The notes: a model not told the origin generated them from the sequence alone. Positions 30,005 to 40,682 are shown, counted from the first letter of the stretch. The stretch is 44,600 nucleotides of DNA from Armatimonadota bacterium (GCA_015486155.1 WFSF01000260.1:1-44600), one strand, 5' to 3'. Translations and numbers: made by a program.

Positions 30005-32608
30005 ATGAGAGCCAGAATGCCTGACCGCCGCAAAGCGATCCCCAGAGAGACCGACGTAGACATCGAATCGGAGATGCGCGAGTCGTTCATGACCTATGCC
30101 ATGAGCGTGATCATCGCGCGCGCGCTGCCGGACGCCAGGGACGGCCTCAAGCCCGCCCAGCGGCGCATCTTGATGGCGATGCACGACCTCAACCTCACCC
30201 CGGGCGCGCAGTACCGAAAATGCGCCAAGATCGCCGGCGACACCCAGGGCAACTACCACCCCCACGGCCAGGAGGTCATCTACCCCACCCTGGTGCGTCT
30301 CGCCCAGGAATGGAGCATGCGCTATCCCCTGGTGGACGGCCACGGGAACTTCGGCTCCATTGACGGCGACCCCCCGGCGGCGATGCGCTACACCGAGGCG
30401 CGCATGTCCGTCTACGGCGCGGAGATGCTCACTGACATCGAGCAGGACACGGTGGACTTCGTCGCCAACTACGACCAGACCCGGCAGGAACCCACCGTCC
30501 TCCCCGGGCGTTTCCCCAACCTGCTCTGCAACGGCGGCTCCGGCATCGCGGTGGGCATGGCCACCAACATTCCCCCCCACAACCTGGGCGAGGTGGTGGA
30601 CGCCTGCGCGCTGATGATCGACAACCCGGAGCTGGCCGATGCGCAGACCCCGGAGGACGTGAAGAAGGCGGTCAAACAGGTGATGAAGGTGCTCCCCGGG
30701 CCGGACTTCCCCACCGGCGCGCTCATTCTGGGCACCAACGCCATCCAGCAGGCCTACGCCACCGGCCGCGGCATCATCACCATGCAGGCGCGCGCCACCA
30801 TCGAGCCCCAGGACAGAGACCGCACCGCCATCATCGTCACCGAGATCCCCTACCAGGTCAACAAGACGCAGCTCATCCAGCAGATCGCCGACCTGGTTAC
30901 CAACAAGGCACTGCCAGAGGTGTCCGCGCTGCGGGACGAGTCCGACCGCAAGGGCATGAGACTGGTGATCGAGGTCCGGAAGGGGGAGAACCCCCACGTC
31001 CTCCTCAACAAGCTCTACAAGCAGACCCGCATGCGCACCACCTTCCCCGTCAACGCGGTGGCCCTCATCCCCGAATTCGCGGCCCACAAGCCCGGCGAAC
31101 CCGTCCCCATGGTGCCGCGCACCATGGGCATCATCCCCCTCCTCCAGCACTTCCTCGACCACCGGCGCGAGGTCGTGGTGTTTCGCTGCCAGCACCAGCT
31201 GGCGCGCGCCCAGGCGAGGGCGCACATTCTCGAGGGCTATCGCATCGCCCTGAAAAACCTGGACGAGGTGATCCAGATCATCCGCCAGGCGGCCAACCCG
31301 ACCGCCGCCCGCGAGCGCCTGATGAAGCGCTTCAAGTTGTCCGAGAAGCAGGCCCAGGCCATCCTCGAGCTGATGCTCCAGCGACTCACCAGCCTGGAGA
31401 GGGAGAAGATAGACGAGGAATACCGCCAGGTGATCAAGACCATCGGCAGCCTGGAGGACACCCTGGGCAAGAGCCTGTCCCAGATGGTGGGGCGGGAGGA
31501 CCGCGTCCAGGCGACCCGGGAGTGGCTCCGCGGTCACCCCTGGCAGCCGCGCAAGGTGATGCACATCGTCAAACAGGAGCTCCTCGATCTCAAGGAGAAG
31601 CGCGGCGACCCCCGCCGCACGGAGATCCGCCCCGAGGAGGCGGCCGACATCAACATCGAGGACCTGATCGCGGAAGAGGACATGGTGGTCACCCTCACGC
31701 GGGACGGATACATCAAGCGCCTGCCCGTGGACACCTACCGCACCCAGGGCCGCGGCGGCAAGGGAGTGATCGCCCTCACCCGCAAGGAGGAGGACGCGGT
31801 CGAGCACCTCTTCGTCGCCAGCACCCACACCATCATCCTCTTCTTCACCAACCGCGGCAAGGTCTACCGTCTGCGCGCCCACCAGATCCCCCTCGCCAGC
31901 CGCACTGCCCGCGGCACCGCCGTCATCAACCTCATCCAGATAGCCCCCGATGAACGGGTGACCGCGGTGCGCGCGGTCAAGGAGTTCCGCGAGGACCGCT
32001 ACCTGCTGATGGCCACCCGGAAAGGGGTGGTGAAAAAGACCCGGCTCAGCGAGTACGACACCCGCCTCAAGGGCGGCATCATCGCCCTCAAACTGCACCA
32101 GGGCGATGAGCTGGAGTGGGTGGCCGAGACCGACGGCAAACAGGAGATCCTGCTGGTCACCCGCAACGGCATGTCCATCCGGTTCTCCGAGAAACAGGTC
32201 CGCGCCATGGGCCGCACCGCCGCGGGTGTGCGCGGCATCCGCCTCCGGGAGGGAGACTCCGTCATCGGGATGGCCGTCGCCCGCCCGGGAGCCGACGTGC
32301 TCGTCGCCACCGAGATGGGCTATGGCAAACGCACCAAACTGGACGAATACCGGACCCAGAGCCGGGGCGGAATCGGCATCAAGACCATCAACGTCACCAA
32401 GAAGAACGGCCCCGTAGTGAGCATGAGGATGGTGGACCAGAGCGATGACCTGCTCATCATCACCACCGAGGGCCAGATCATCCGCCAGAAAGTCTCCGCC
32501 ATCCGCCGCATCGGCCGCTCCACCCAGGGCGTCCGCCTCATCCGCCTCGACGAGGGCGACCGGGTGGCCAGCGTGGCGAGAGTGGTCACCAAAGAGGACG
32601 AGGACTGA
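30005..32608 (+). CDS. gyrA: DNA gyrase subunit A
   Basis: [36 protein letters not shown] (active-site Tyr) and the GyrA box [14 protein letters not shown] 30017 (MPDRRK), with GAGGA upstream, is an alternative start. Confidence 0.95.
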   Translation: MRARMPDRRKAIPRETDVDIESEMRESFMTYAMSVIIARALPDARDGLKPAQRRILMAMHDLNLTPGAQYRKCAKIAGDTQGNYHPHGQEVIYPTLVRLAQEWSMRYPLVDGHGNFGSIDGDPPAAMRYTEARMSVYGAEMLTDIEQDTVDFVANYDQTRQEPTVLPGRFPNLLCNGGSGIAVGMATNIPPHNLGEVVDACALMIDNPELADAQTPEDVKKAVKQVMKVLPGPDFPTGALILGTNAIQQAYATGRGIITMQARATIEPQDRDRTAIIVTEIPYQVNKTQLIQQIADLVTNKALPEVSALRDESDRKGMRLVIEVRKGENPHVLLNKLYKQTRMRTTFPVNAVALIPEFAAHKPGEPVPMVPRTMGIIPLLQHFLDHRREVVVFRCQHQLARAQARAHILEGYRIALKNLDEVIQIIRQAANPTAARERLMKRFKLSEKQAQAILELMLQRLTSLEREKIDEEYRQVIKTIGSLEDTLGKSLSQMVGREDRVQATREWLRGHPWQPRKVMHIVKQELLDLKEKRGDPRRTEIRPEEAADINIEDLIAEEDMVVTLTRDGYIKRLPVDTYRTQGRGGKGVIALTRKEEDAVEHLFVASTHTIILFFTNRGKVYRLRAHQIPLASRTARGTAVINLIQIAPDERVTAVRAVKEFREDRYLLMATRKGVVKKTRLSEYDTRLKGGIIALKLHQGDELEWVAETDGKQEILLVTRNGMSIRFSEKQVRAMGRTAAGVRGIRLREGDSVIGMAVARPGADVLVATEMGYGKRTKLDEYRTQSRGGIGIKTINVTKKNGPVVSMRMVDQSDDLLIITTEGQIIRQKVSAIRRIGRSTQGVRLIRLDEGDRVASVARVVTKEDED

Positions 32609-32616
32609 GAGAGTGG

Positions 32617-32635
32617 CGCAGGCCCCCGGCCTGCG
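32617..32635 (+). terminator. 8-bp GC hairpin just after the gyrA stop; weak T-tail
   Basis: CGCAGGCC-CCC-GGCCTGCG followed by AGGTTATAGG. Confidence 0.25.
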
Positions 32636-32710
32636 AGGTTATAGGCATGGTGCCCTCCTGCACAGGTGGGGAACCTGTGCCACTAGGTGAGAGTCTCCGG
32701 TATCGTGCAC

Positions 32711-32846
32711 CGCGGCCGTTCTGTAGGGCGGGCATTCCTATGCGCGCCATGGCGGCCAAAGGCCTAGCCATATGTCGGCCCGCCTGCGGCGGGCCGCATG
32801 CCCGCCGGCCGTGTGGCGGGAATGCGCGCCCTACAGAACGGCCGCG
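32711..32846. repeat. 136-bp element bounded by 28-bp inverted repeats (MITE- or large-hairpin-like)
   Basis: 32711-32738 is the reverse complement of 32819-32846 in 27 of 28 positions. The 80-nt core holds further palindromes (GGCCCGCC-TGC-GGCGGGCC at 32777-32795 and GCGCCATGGCGGC). Confidence 0.7.
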
Positions 32847-32885
32847 CTCTACGGAAACGGAGTGGCGGGGATGGATATCACCGCC

Positions 32886-33782
32886 CTACAGCGAGGTGGC
32901 CGGCCTGTACGACGCGCGGTCCTCAATGCTCCAGAGCAGCTCCGGGGTGATGCCTTCGGCGCGGAGTTCTTCCTCGGTGGCGTAGATGGGGCCGCGGCAG
33001 CCCACCCCGGACGGATGGTGGGCGTCGCTGTCCAGGGCGAATTTCACCCCGGTCTCCATCAGGCACCCAAACAGCCAGCCCGCGGCGTCCGGCGCGCGGC
33101 GGTAGTAACGCGGGTTCAACTCTATCGCCACCCCCGCCTCCGCGGCGGCGCGGCCGAGGGAGAGCACTTCATCCCGCTTCAGCTCCCCCACGATCTCCTG
33201 GAAGGTGAACGGGCTCTCCGGAACCCCGAAGGGATGGGCGATGATGTCGGCGAGTCCGCTGCCGATGGCCGCCCGCGTGAGCCGCACGATCAACTCGGCC
33301 ATGGTGCGGGGCGTCATGGCGGCCGGCTTGTCCACCATCGGAAGGTAGAGGTGGCTGGCGGCCATCACCACGTAGTCCAGGGTGGCCGCGTACTCCCGGT
33401 CAATGCTGAACCGGTCGGGCGCGAACGTATCCGCCTCACATCCGATGTATACCTGCAGTCCCCCCAGGTCCGCGGGAAGGGCTTTCCGCGTCAACGCGGG
33501 CCGATCCCGGTGCCTGGGGAGAGTGACGTGGTCGGTGATTCCGATGGCGCGCAGCCCCGCCTGGTGCGCCGCCGCCACGATCGCCTCCGGCGTGGCCTCC
33601 GGGCTGCCGCAGTCGGAGAGCGCGCTGTGAACATGCCAGTCCGTCTGAATCAACTTCTCCAACGCCAAACTCCAGTCGCAAGAATACGGGGCTCGCGATG
33701 AGCCCCGTCGAAAGGTTCGGCATTGTTCCGCCGGTCCCTCTCCCGCGGCCGGCGCGTCGATTGGGCGGCTACTCGCTCCCAA
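32886..33782 (-). CDS. PHP-domain (polymerase/histidinol-phosphatase-like) metal-dependent phosphoesterase
   Basis: DWHVHSALSDC, GITDH and DSDAHH motifs. The ORF start at 33782 overlaps galT by 14 nt. An internal TTG at 33662 (LEKLIQTDWHVHS) preceded by GGAG is a plausible true start. Confidence 0.8.
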   Translation of the reverse strand: MGASSRPIDAPAAGEGPAEQCRTFRRGSSRAPYSCDWSLALEKLIQTDWHVHSALSDCGSPEATPEAIVAAAHQAGLRAIGITDHVTLPRHRDRPALTRKALPADLGGLQVYIGCEADTFAPDRFSIDREYAATLDYVVMAASHLYLPMVDKPAAMTPRTMAELIVRLTRAAIGSGLADIIAHPFGVPESPFTFQEIVGELKRDEVLSLGRAAAEAGVAIELNPRYYRRAPDAAGWLFGCLMETGVKFALDSDAHHPSGVGCRGPIYATEEELRAEGITPELLWSIEDRASYRPATSL

Positions 33783-34845
33783 CCTCCCGGAGAGCCTTGG
33801 CGGCGTCCTCCGGGGAGATCACGTTGATGTAGATATCGCTCCCCAGCTCGAATCCGCCCAGGGTGGTGATGCGGGGATAGATCTCCAGGTGCCAGTGATA
33901 AGCGCGCACATTGTAGTCGGTGGTGGGCGCGCTGTGGATGGCGTAGTTGTAGGACGGCCTTCCCAGGCAGAGCGCGATGCGCCGGAGCACCTCCTTGAGC
34001 ACCGAGGCGAAGTCCGAGGCCTCCTCCTCGCTCATGTCCGCGAACCTGATGGAATGCCGCTTTGGGATCACCCAGGTCTCGAACGGATAGCGCCCCGCGA
34101 AGGCGGTGACGACCACGAAGTGATCGCTCTCGAACACCGCCCGCTCTCCGCTGCTCAGTTCGTAGTCCAGGATATCGCAGAACACGCACTTGCCCAGGTA
34201 CTCCCAGTAGTGCCCGGCTCCCAGCAGCTCCAAGTGCACCTGGTGCGGGAGCACCGGCCCCGCAATGAGTTGAGTGTGCGGGTGGACGAGAGAGGTGCCC
34301 GCCTTGGGGCCGTGGTTGCGGAAGATGAGCACGTGGCGCAGCGATTCGGCCACCTCATAGGCGAGATAGCGCTGGCGGTAGGCCTCCACCACCCCCTCGA
34401 TATGCTCGGTGTCCATCTCCCACAGGTCCTTGTTGTGCTCGGGAGACTCGATGATCACTTCATGCGCCCCAAATCCGTCCCGCGCCGAGTAGATCCCCAC
34501 CGAACGCAGCGCATCCGAGCCGTCGGCCCGCAGCGCGGCGAACTTGTTGGGCACCACCCGCACGGACCAGCCGCGGGAGTTGGGTTTCCCTCCATCCCGC
34601 AGCGCGAACACCTCCGGGGGAGTCTTCCCCTCATTGCCCGGGCAGAACGGACATTTGGAATCGTACTGCGGAGGATCCTCCTGTGGGTCGGCGTCCCGGC
34701 GCAGGTCCGAGGGCCGTTTGCCGCGGCCCTTGGCGATGATCACCCACTCTCTAGTGACTATATTCTTGCGAAGCTCCGGTTGAAACCCCGCGTTCCGCCT
34801 GCTGGCGCTCGACATATCCATCCCCTCGATCTCAGAATCGGCCAA
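33769..34845 (-). CDS. galT: Galactose-1-phosphate uridylyltransferase (HIT superfamily)
   Basis: CPFCPGNE zinc site, VVPNKFAAL and LVHPHTQLIA (HxHxQ). Length is 358 aa. Confidence 0.9.
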   Translation of the reverse strand: MADSEIEGMDMSSASRRNAGFQPELRKNIVTREWVIIAKGRGKRPSDLRRDADPQEDPPQYDSKCPFCPGNEGKTPPEVFALRDGGKPNSRGWSVRVVPNKFAALRADGSDALRSVGIYSARDGFGAHEVIIESPEHNKDLWEMDTEHIEGVVEAYRQRYLAYEVAESLRHVLIFRNHGPKAGTSLVHPHTQLIAGPVLPHQVHLELLGAGHYWEYLGKCVFCDILDYELSSGERAVFESDHFVVVTAFAGRYPFETWVIPKRHSIRFADMSEEEASDFASVLKEVLRRIALCLGRPSYNYAIHSAPTTDYNVRAYHWHLEIYPRITTLGGFELGSDIYINVISPEDAAKALREVGSE

Positions 34846-35022
34846 TGCTGAGTTCTTCTGGCTCCGCTCACTCTAGGCGCGGAATGCGCGGGTGTCAAGC
34901 AAGATGAAGACGGGTTAGTGCAGGTGGAGCGACGCGTTTAGTCGGCCGGCGGCACGTAGGCCGCTGCGGGATCGAACGCGGCGAACACCGCATCCCCGGG
35001 CCGCAGGCGGCCGCAGGCGCGG

Positions 35023-37017
35023 TCAGATCGAGTGGCCGGCGATCAGGGCCACCGCCACCCAGAGCCCCTCATTGGCCATGTCGCCGACTATGAGACCGAT
35101 GGCCATGGGCACCGTGGCGCGGTAGAGCCGCAGGCCGCCGTAGCGAATGGCCAGCACCTTGAGAAGCCACCCGATGAAGAACGGCATGTAGAACTGCTGC
35201 ATGCCCCAGGTGTTGGAGGCCAGGTAGCCGATGGGGTGGAACGGCCACCACCAGAAGCGCAGGCGCATCAACCCCAGCCCTATGGCGATCGCGCCCCCCG
35301 CGGCCATCCAGAGAATGCCGGGGATATCCGGCTTCTGGGGATTGGCCAGCGCATCGAAGATCTGCCCGCCGCTCGAGCGCAGTTGCTCTCCGAGCCATCC
35401 GCCTCCGCTTAGAGAGGCGCGGAGGTTGAGAAATCCGTAGTGGTACATGCCCGTCATCACCGTATAGATCCCCACCACCAGCGCCACCACGAATCCCGCC
35501 GCCAGCGCCGCCAGCAGGGGGCGGGAGGGGATGCGCGCCGAATCGGCGATCTTGAAGCTGTCCATGGCATTGCCGGTGCACACCTCGAAGGATTCTCCGA
35601 ATCCAGGGAAGTACGCCCAGTTCAGGTTGATCAGAGTCGCGATCTCCCGCGGGCGGAAGGCCGCGTTGCCAAGAGGGCCCATCAACATACTGTCCACCGT
35701 CATGGGAAACGGCACGAACCCCAGGCCCGTCTCCGCCCTCAGCCGCGTCCACATCATGTAGTAGGCGACGATCAGCGTCACGATGGCAACCCCCACGATG
35801 GGCCGACACCCCGACGCCCAGCTGAACCACACCATGTAGCCGAACGAGACCAAGAACCCCAGCAGCACCCACCGATAGGCCAGCGGCGCATTTTCCTCGG
35901 CCCCCGGGCCGCGGAAGGTGAACGCCATCCGGAGCGCCCTCTTCAGGTGCCGACGCCCGATCCACAACACCCACAGCCCCAGGGCGAGCACCGCCCCACC
36001 CCCCTGGAAATAGGGCGCAGGAAAGCCGCTCCCATACCACTCCTCGGGTTTCCGGGGGGTGGCCCCCGCAGCGATGGCGAGCACGGTCATCGCCACCCGC
36101 ACGATCCAGAAGAACCAGCACGAAAACGACAGCTCCTTGGGGATGAGGTAGGCGATCGCGATCATCCAGGGGTAGAGCACCAACCAGATGTCCCCCAACC
36201 CGGCCAGCGGTCCCACTTTCTGCCAGGGAATCAGCAGCGTCTCCCCCAGGGGAATGGCGGGAATCGCGGGGAAAATCCCCCGGAGCCGGCTGAGAAACGC
36301 GCCGCAGAACGAGACGAGAAACCCGATCCGGAACATCCAGTTCCCGGGTAATCGTCCCCTGCGACGGGCTCCATCCCCCTCTTCCCTGACCATCTGCAAG
36401 GGCACCTGGGCGATGGGGAAACTGAGCCGCTCATGCGAAATCCACTGCACCCTGAACAGCACCACCAGGGACAGGGTGCACACGAACAAGGCCAACATGA
36501 ACGTCCCCCAGGCGGCCAGGGGCGTCCACCACTGTGACCACGGCACCGCCGCGTGCCCCACGAAATACCCCTCCACCGCCTCCATCTGAGTGGGCGAGGA
36601 CCAAGGCGGCAGATACGGCAACACCCCGGTCACCCACTCCGGCTGGGCGCGCGCCAGGTAATACTCGATGAGGGTGTGCGGAAGCATCCAGGCGAGGATG
36701 CCATGGGTGACCAGCGGAGACCCGACCAGCACGATGGAGTAGATGGTGAGCAGCTCGCGCCGGGTGAGTTCCCGCAGACCCAGCCTCCCCGCCAAGGGGT
36801 TGACCGCGGTCAGCAGCAACAACACCACCAGCGGGGCCATCGCCGGGATCCCGGAGGCGAACTGATAGGTGGACATATACACCAGCTCGCCGTAGAAGGC
36901 GGCCGGCGCCAGCACCACCAACAGCCCGAAGGCTATAAGCACCGCTCTCCAGGTGACCAGAGCCGCGCGCGCTGTTTCCTTTTCGCTATCTGAATCTGAG
37001 TCTGAATCTGGGGTCAA
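35023..37017 (-). CDS. Large polytopic integral membrane protein, uncharacterised family
   Basis: 664 aa with many hydrophobic helices along the whole length, Trp/Phe-rich. TTG start. N-terminal (DS)4 tract. From uncertain memory it may correspond to the DUF6785/DUF6784 pair. Confidence 0.8.
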   Translation of the reverse strand: MTPDSDSDSDSEKETARAALVTWRAVLIAFGLLVVLAPAAFYGELVYMSTYQFASGIPAMAPLVVLLLLTAVNPLAGRLGLRELTRRELLTIYSIVLVGSPLVTHGILAWMLPHTLIEYYLARAQPEWVTGVLPYLPPWSSPTQMEAVEGYFVGHAAVPWSQWWTPLAAWGTFMLALFVCTLSLVVLFRVQWISHERLSFPIAQVPLQMVREEGDGARRRGRLPGNWMFRIGFLVSFCGAFLSRLRGIFPAIPAIPLGETLLIPWQKVGPLAGLGDIWLVLYPWMIAIAYLIPKELSFSCWFFWIVRVAMTVLAIAAGATPRKPEEWYGSGFPAPYFQGGGAVLALGLWVLWIGRRHLKRALRMAFTFRGPGAEENAPLAYRWVLLGFLVSFGYMVWFSWASGCRPIVGVAIVTLIVAYYMMWTRLRAETGLGFVPFPMTVDSMLMGPLGNAAFRPREIATLINLNWAYFPGFGESFEVCTGNAMDSFKIADSARIPSRPLLAALAAGFVVALVVGIYTVMTGMYHYGFLNLRASLSGGGWLGEQLRSSGGQIFDALANPQKPDIPGILWMAAGGAIAIGLGLMRLRFWWWPFHPIGYLASNTWGMQQFYMPFFIGWLLKVLAIRYGGLRLYRATVPMAIGLIVGDMANEGLWVAVALIAGHSI

Positions 37018-37080
37018 GAGTCACCGTTCTCTAGCATCGCGACCTGAGCGCGGCGCTGGGCACCGCGTCCGCCGGACCAC

Positions 37081-38139
37081 TCACCTCGTCTGCACCGCCT
37101 CCGCCACCATGTCGCCTATCTCACTGGTCGGAGGGCACTTGCCCGCGGAGAGATCGGGGATCCTGCCGCTGGCGAGCACGTCGGCGATCGCCTTCTCCAC
37201 CCGCGCCGCCGCCTCCTCCTCCCCGGAGTGCTCCAGCAACATCTGCACCGCGCAGATGGCCGCCAGGGGATTCGCCTTGTTCAGACCCGCGTACTTGGGG
37301 GCGGAGCCGTGAATCGGCTCGAACATGGACACGCCCTCGGGATTGATGTTGCCGGAGGCGGCGATGCCCATCCCCCCCTGCACCATCGCCCCCAGGTCGG
37401 TGATGATGTCGCCGAACATGTTGGTGGTCACGATCACATCGAACCACTCCGGGTTCTTCACCATCCACATGCAGGTGGCGTCCACATAGGCGTGGTCCTT
37501 CTCGATATCCGGGTACTCCTCCCCCACCTCCTGGAAGGTCCTCACCCAGAGATCGTGCCCGTAAGTGAGCACATTCGACTTGTCCACCATCGTCAGCTTC
37601 TTCCCGCGGTTTCGCTTCCTCGTCAGCTCGAAGGCGTACCGGATCACGCGCTCCGTCCCCCGCCTCGTGTACACCGCCACCTGAGTGGCCACCTCCTGGG
37701 GAGTGCCGTAGTGGGTGAACCCGCCGGTGCCCACATACATGTCCTCCGTGTTCTCGCGCACCACCACGAAGTCTATCTCCTCGGGCCCCTTGTCCTTGAT
37801 GGGCGTCCACACCCCGGGGTAGAGCTTGATGGGGCGCAGGTTCACATACTGATCCAGGCCGAAGCGGATCCCCAGCAGCAACTCCTTCTCCAGAATCCCG
37901 GGGGCCACCTCGGGGTGCCCCACCGCCCCCAGGTAGATGGCATCGTATTGCGCCAGTTCCTCCAGCGCGCCCTTGGGCAGCACCTCGCCGGTGGCGAGAT
38001 AGCGGTCCCCGCCGAAATCGTACTCCACCGTATCGTATTCCAGGCCGGTCGCCCTCGCCGCCGCCCCCAGCACCTTCAGACCCTCTCTCACCACCTCCGG
38101 CCCGATGCCGTCGCCGGGAATCACTGCAATCTTCAACAC
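37081..38139 (-). CDS. Isopropylmalate/tartrate (D-malate) dehydrogenase-family oxidative decarboxylase (LeuB/TtuC-like)
   Basis: ORF 37081..38223. I choose GTG 38139, with GGAGG 9 nt upstream. [52 protein letters not shown] and [16 protein letters not shown]. Confidence 0.9.
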   Translation of the reverse strand: MLKIAVIPGDGIGPEVVREGLKVLGAAARATGLEYDTVEYDFGGDRYLATGEVLPKGALEELAQYDAIYLGAVGHPEVAPGILEKELLLGIRFGLDQYVNLRPIKLYPGVWTPIKDKGPEEIDFVVVRENTEDMYVGTGGFTHYGTPQEVATQVAVYTRRGTERVIRYAFELTRKRNRGKKLTMVDKSNVLTYGHDLWVRTFQEVGEEYPDIEKDHAYVDATCMWMVKNPEWFDVIVTTNMFGDIITDLGAMVQGGMGIAASGNINPEGVSMFEPIHGSAPKYAGLNKANPLAAICAVQMLLEHSGEEEAAARVEKAIADVLASGRIPDLSAGKCPPTSEIGDMVAEAVQTR

Positions 38140-38362
38140 TTGCCTTGTCCTCCAGATGATTTGTGGGGCATGATAGCACAGGGCCCGTTGCCGACGCAAA
38201 GGGACCCTCGAAGTGCCACGCATCCCTGCAACTCGGCTCCGGCGTTATCCCTCGAAACATACTGTATCGTGAAACGATGTTTCAGCGCAAACGCGATGTG
38301 GTAATGTTATTTCTGGAAAAGCCCCGCGAATGCATGCAAGGGGATTGATTGGAGGGGCTTGG

Positions 38363-39115
38363 ATGGCCGTCTTCTTCTCTCACGACTTCGAGACAGGTGA
38401 AATCGGTCCCTGGGACAACCTGTCTGACCCGCGCGCCACAAGTGTGAAGGTCACCGACGATCCCGCCCGCGTCTTTCGCGGCCGGTACGCCGCGGAGGTG
38501 ACGGCCGGGAAAGGTCCGGAGACGGGCGGCAAGCTGGTGAAATGGTTTCTGCCCGGATACGAGGAAGTCCACGCCCGCTGGTACTGCATGTTCGCGGAGG
38601 ACTTCGACCAGGGCAAGTACCTGCATTTCTGCAACCTGCTGGGCGGCCCGCCCAACAATCGCTTTGCCGCCTTCGGCAAAGCGGGCCGTCGGCCCACCGG
38701 CGGCGATTTCTTCATCTCCGGCCTGGAGCCGCACCGCGCCCACGCCGACCAGCCGCCCGGCGCGATGGGGTTCTACACCTACTGGCCCGACATGAAACAG
38801 GCGCCCGATGGCAACTACTGGGGCAACGTGTTCCTGAGCGATCCCCTGGTGGCAATCGAGCGCGGCCGCTGGTACTGCATGGAGATGATGCTCAAGCTCA
38901 ACACCCCCGGCCGGCCCGACGGCGAACAGGCCGCCTGGATAGACGGGGAGCGGGTGATCCACACCACCGGCCTCCGGTGGCGGGACACGGACGAGCTGAA
39001 AATCCACTGCTTCTGGCTGGAGCTCTACGTCCACAACAGCCCCCAGGTCAACCGCGTCTGGTTCGACCAGGTGGCGCTGAGCACCGAGTACATCGGGCCG
39101 GTGGAGGGCGAGTAG
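38363..39115 (+). CDS. Hypothetical protein, beta-rich, Trp/Tyr-rich; only loosely polysaccharide-lyase or jelly-roll-like
   Basis: ORF 38330..39115. I prefer ATG 38363, with GGAGG 7 nt upstream. No signal peptide. The function call is weak. Confidence 0.7.
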   Translation: MAVFFSHDFETGEIGPWDNLSDPRATSVKVTDDPARVFRGRYAAEVTAGKGPETGGKLVKWFLPGYEEVHARWYCMFAEDFDQGKYLHFCNLLGGPPNNRFAAFGKAGRRPTGGDFFISGLEPHRAHADQPPGAMGFYTYWPDMKQAPDGNYWGNVFLSDPLVAIERGRWYCMEMMLKLNTPGRPDGEQAAWIDGERVIHTTGLRWRDTDELKIHCFWLELYVHNSPQVNRVWFDQVALSTEYIGPVEGE

Positions 39116-39348
39116 CGGGACCGCGCGTCTTCACATCGGCGGCGGCAGGAACAGGAGCAGCCCCCACCCGACGAGGCCATAGATCGCGGCAGAGATCACC
39201 GCCGACTGCACCTGCTCCGACGGAACGATCAGCAGCCAAACCCCGCTTCATACGGCCCCTCCCGTGCTGTGTTGACTCGGCCGGCTGTTAGACTGCGCGG
39301 GACGACCAAATGTCCTCGCGGTCAGGCGCGCCCCTCACATAAGGCGTC

Positions 39349-40554
39349 TCAGGCCTGTGAAGCGCTCCGCCCCCTCACCCGCCGGCCGCTGGTGTCGTAC
39401 ACCCCGGCCACCTTCGGCTTTCCCCGCGCAAGGCCCCGCACCGCGGCCACAAAGGCGCGCGTCACGAATGCCTGCGCGCGGAAGCCGAACACCACCGAGT
39501 CCCCGATCTCCACCCTGCCCGTTCCGCGGTCGAGCAGCGCGTAGTAGTCAATGCCCGCGGGTGAGCCGAGGTCCGCGTTCACCACGTTGGCGAGCGCCTC
39601 GTCTCCCTCCTTCCCCACGAACGCCCGCACCTGATAGGGCGGGATCACCGGGTCCACGTACAGCCCCCCGCCGATGACATAGGCGGTATCTCCGCGCACA
39701 TCGCTCACCTCGCTGACATAGCAGATCGCCGGCCGCTCCGGCAAATCCTCGTGCGCGTGCCAGGGAGTGGTGCCGGTGAACCCGTGCCCGGGCTCCACGT
39801 GGGTCGCCCCCGCATCGGCGAGAAGTTGCATCGTCTCCGCCGAGGTGGTGCCGGGGGCGTTGAGCTGCGTCACCTCTATCCCCGCCTCCCGCCGCAACCG
39901 CTCCGCGGCCAGCCGCAGCGTCTCCATGTTGGGCGTCAGGTGAAGGCCCCGCTCCGTGTCGAACAGCAGCGTGGGAAAACTCGTCACGCCCACCACGCGC
40001 ACATTCGGCAGGCGGGAGATCTCCCGCGCCGCCGCCGCCACGTCGTCGCACGCGAAGCCCCCGTCGTGCATGGGATAGAAAGTGTCCCCCGGCCTCACCA
40101 CCCGCAGCAACAGGTCCTGGATCCGCCCCGCGGCCTGCGCGGCCGCGGACGCCTCCCTCGCCTTTTCAAGGTTGAAGACCGTCCACACCTCGGGGCCGAG
40201 CCGCGCGAGGTCGCGCGCGCGCCCGCGCGGAATCTGCACCAGGTGCCCCACATGTCCGAGCCGCGCCCTCTGGCGCGCCAGCAGCATCGCCCCCATCCAG
40301 TCCACGCACACGAATTTGGCCATCCCCGCGCGCGCCGCCGCGCGCACGAACTGCGGGTTGCGCGCCACCTGTTTCGCCATCGGGTAGACCTGGAGCCCGG
40401 CGCGGTCGGCCGCGGCCTTGATCAGCCGCGCGTTCCCGCGGAGGGCGTCCAGGTCCAGCAGATAGCAATTCGGGGGGATGGCGCCGGACTGGTGCAGCGC
40501 AACCGCGGCGCGGACGAGCTCCGGGTTGCGGCGGCCGATGATGTCGAGAAACAT
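39349..40554 (-). CDS. Alanine-racemase-N-terminal-like fold-type III PLP enzyme (YhfX-like)
   Basis: The N-terminus MFLDIIGRRNPELVRAAVALHQSGAIPPNCYLLDLDAL and YPMAKQ (candidate PLP lysine) resemble my recollection of E. coli YhfX. Confidence 0.75.
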   Translation of the reverse strand: MFLDIIGRRNPELVRAAVALHQSGAIPPNCYLLDLDALRGNARLIKAAADRAGLQVYPMAKQVARNPQFVRAAARAGMAKFVCVDWMGAMLLARQRARLGHVGHLVQIPRGRARDLARLGPEVWTVFNLEKAREASAAAQAAGRIQDLLLRVVRPGDTFYPMHDGGFACDDVAAAAREISRLPNVRVVGVTSFPTLLFDTERGLHLTPNMETLRLAAERLRREAGIEVTQLNAPGTTSAETMQLLADAGATHVEPGHGFTGTTPWHAHEDLPERPAICYVSEVSDVRGDTAYVIGGGLYVDPVIPPYQVRAFVGKEGDEALANVVNADLGSPAGIDYYALLDRGTGRVEIGDSVVFGFRAQAFVTRAFVAAVRGLARGKPKVAGVYDTSGRRVRGRSASQA

Positions 40555-40682
40555 GGCTTCCTCCGCGAGGAGGTGGTTCGGCGGGAGCCGCGCGGAGTCC
40601 TGCTGCGATAGAGCGATCGCCAGGCATGTGCGGGGGCGAAGGCAGGGAAGAGGGACACATCCGCGGAAACGAGCGCGCCTGT

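Noticed and set aside
36975-37006. Short GA(C/T)TC(A/T) microsatellite-like tract.
   Set aside because: It simply encodes the (Asp-Ser)4 N-terminal tract of the membrane protein. It is too short to be considered a separate repeat feature.
38254-38283. AT-rich interrupted palindrome GAAACAT-ACTGT-ATCGT-GAA-ACGAT-GTTTC in the divergent spacer between the LeuB-like gene and 38363..39115.
   Set aside because: It could be an operator or small hairpin, but it is a single imperfect instance with no second copy or recognisable regulator nearby. I cannot support a call.
39048-39251. 67-aa minus-strand ORF with a GGGAGGGG-like sequence 4 nt upstream of its ATG, plus a hydrophobic reading (WLLIVPSEQVQSAVISAAIYGLVGWGLLLFLPPPM) in another frame.
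   Set aside because: The ATG frame translates to Arg/Ala/Pro/Gly low complexity and overlaps the 3-prime end of 38363..39115. The hydrophobic frame has a TGA just upstream and no credible start beyond a 27-codon GTG ORF. Evidence for a gene is insufficient.
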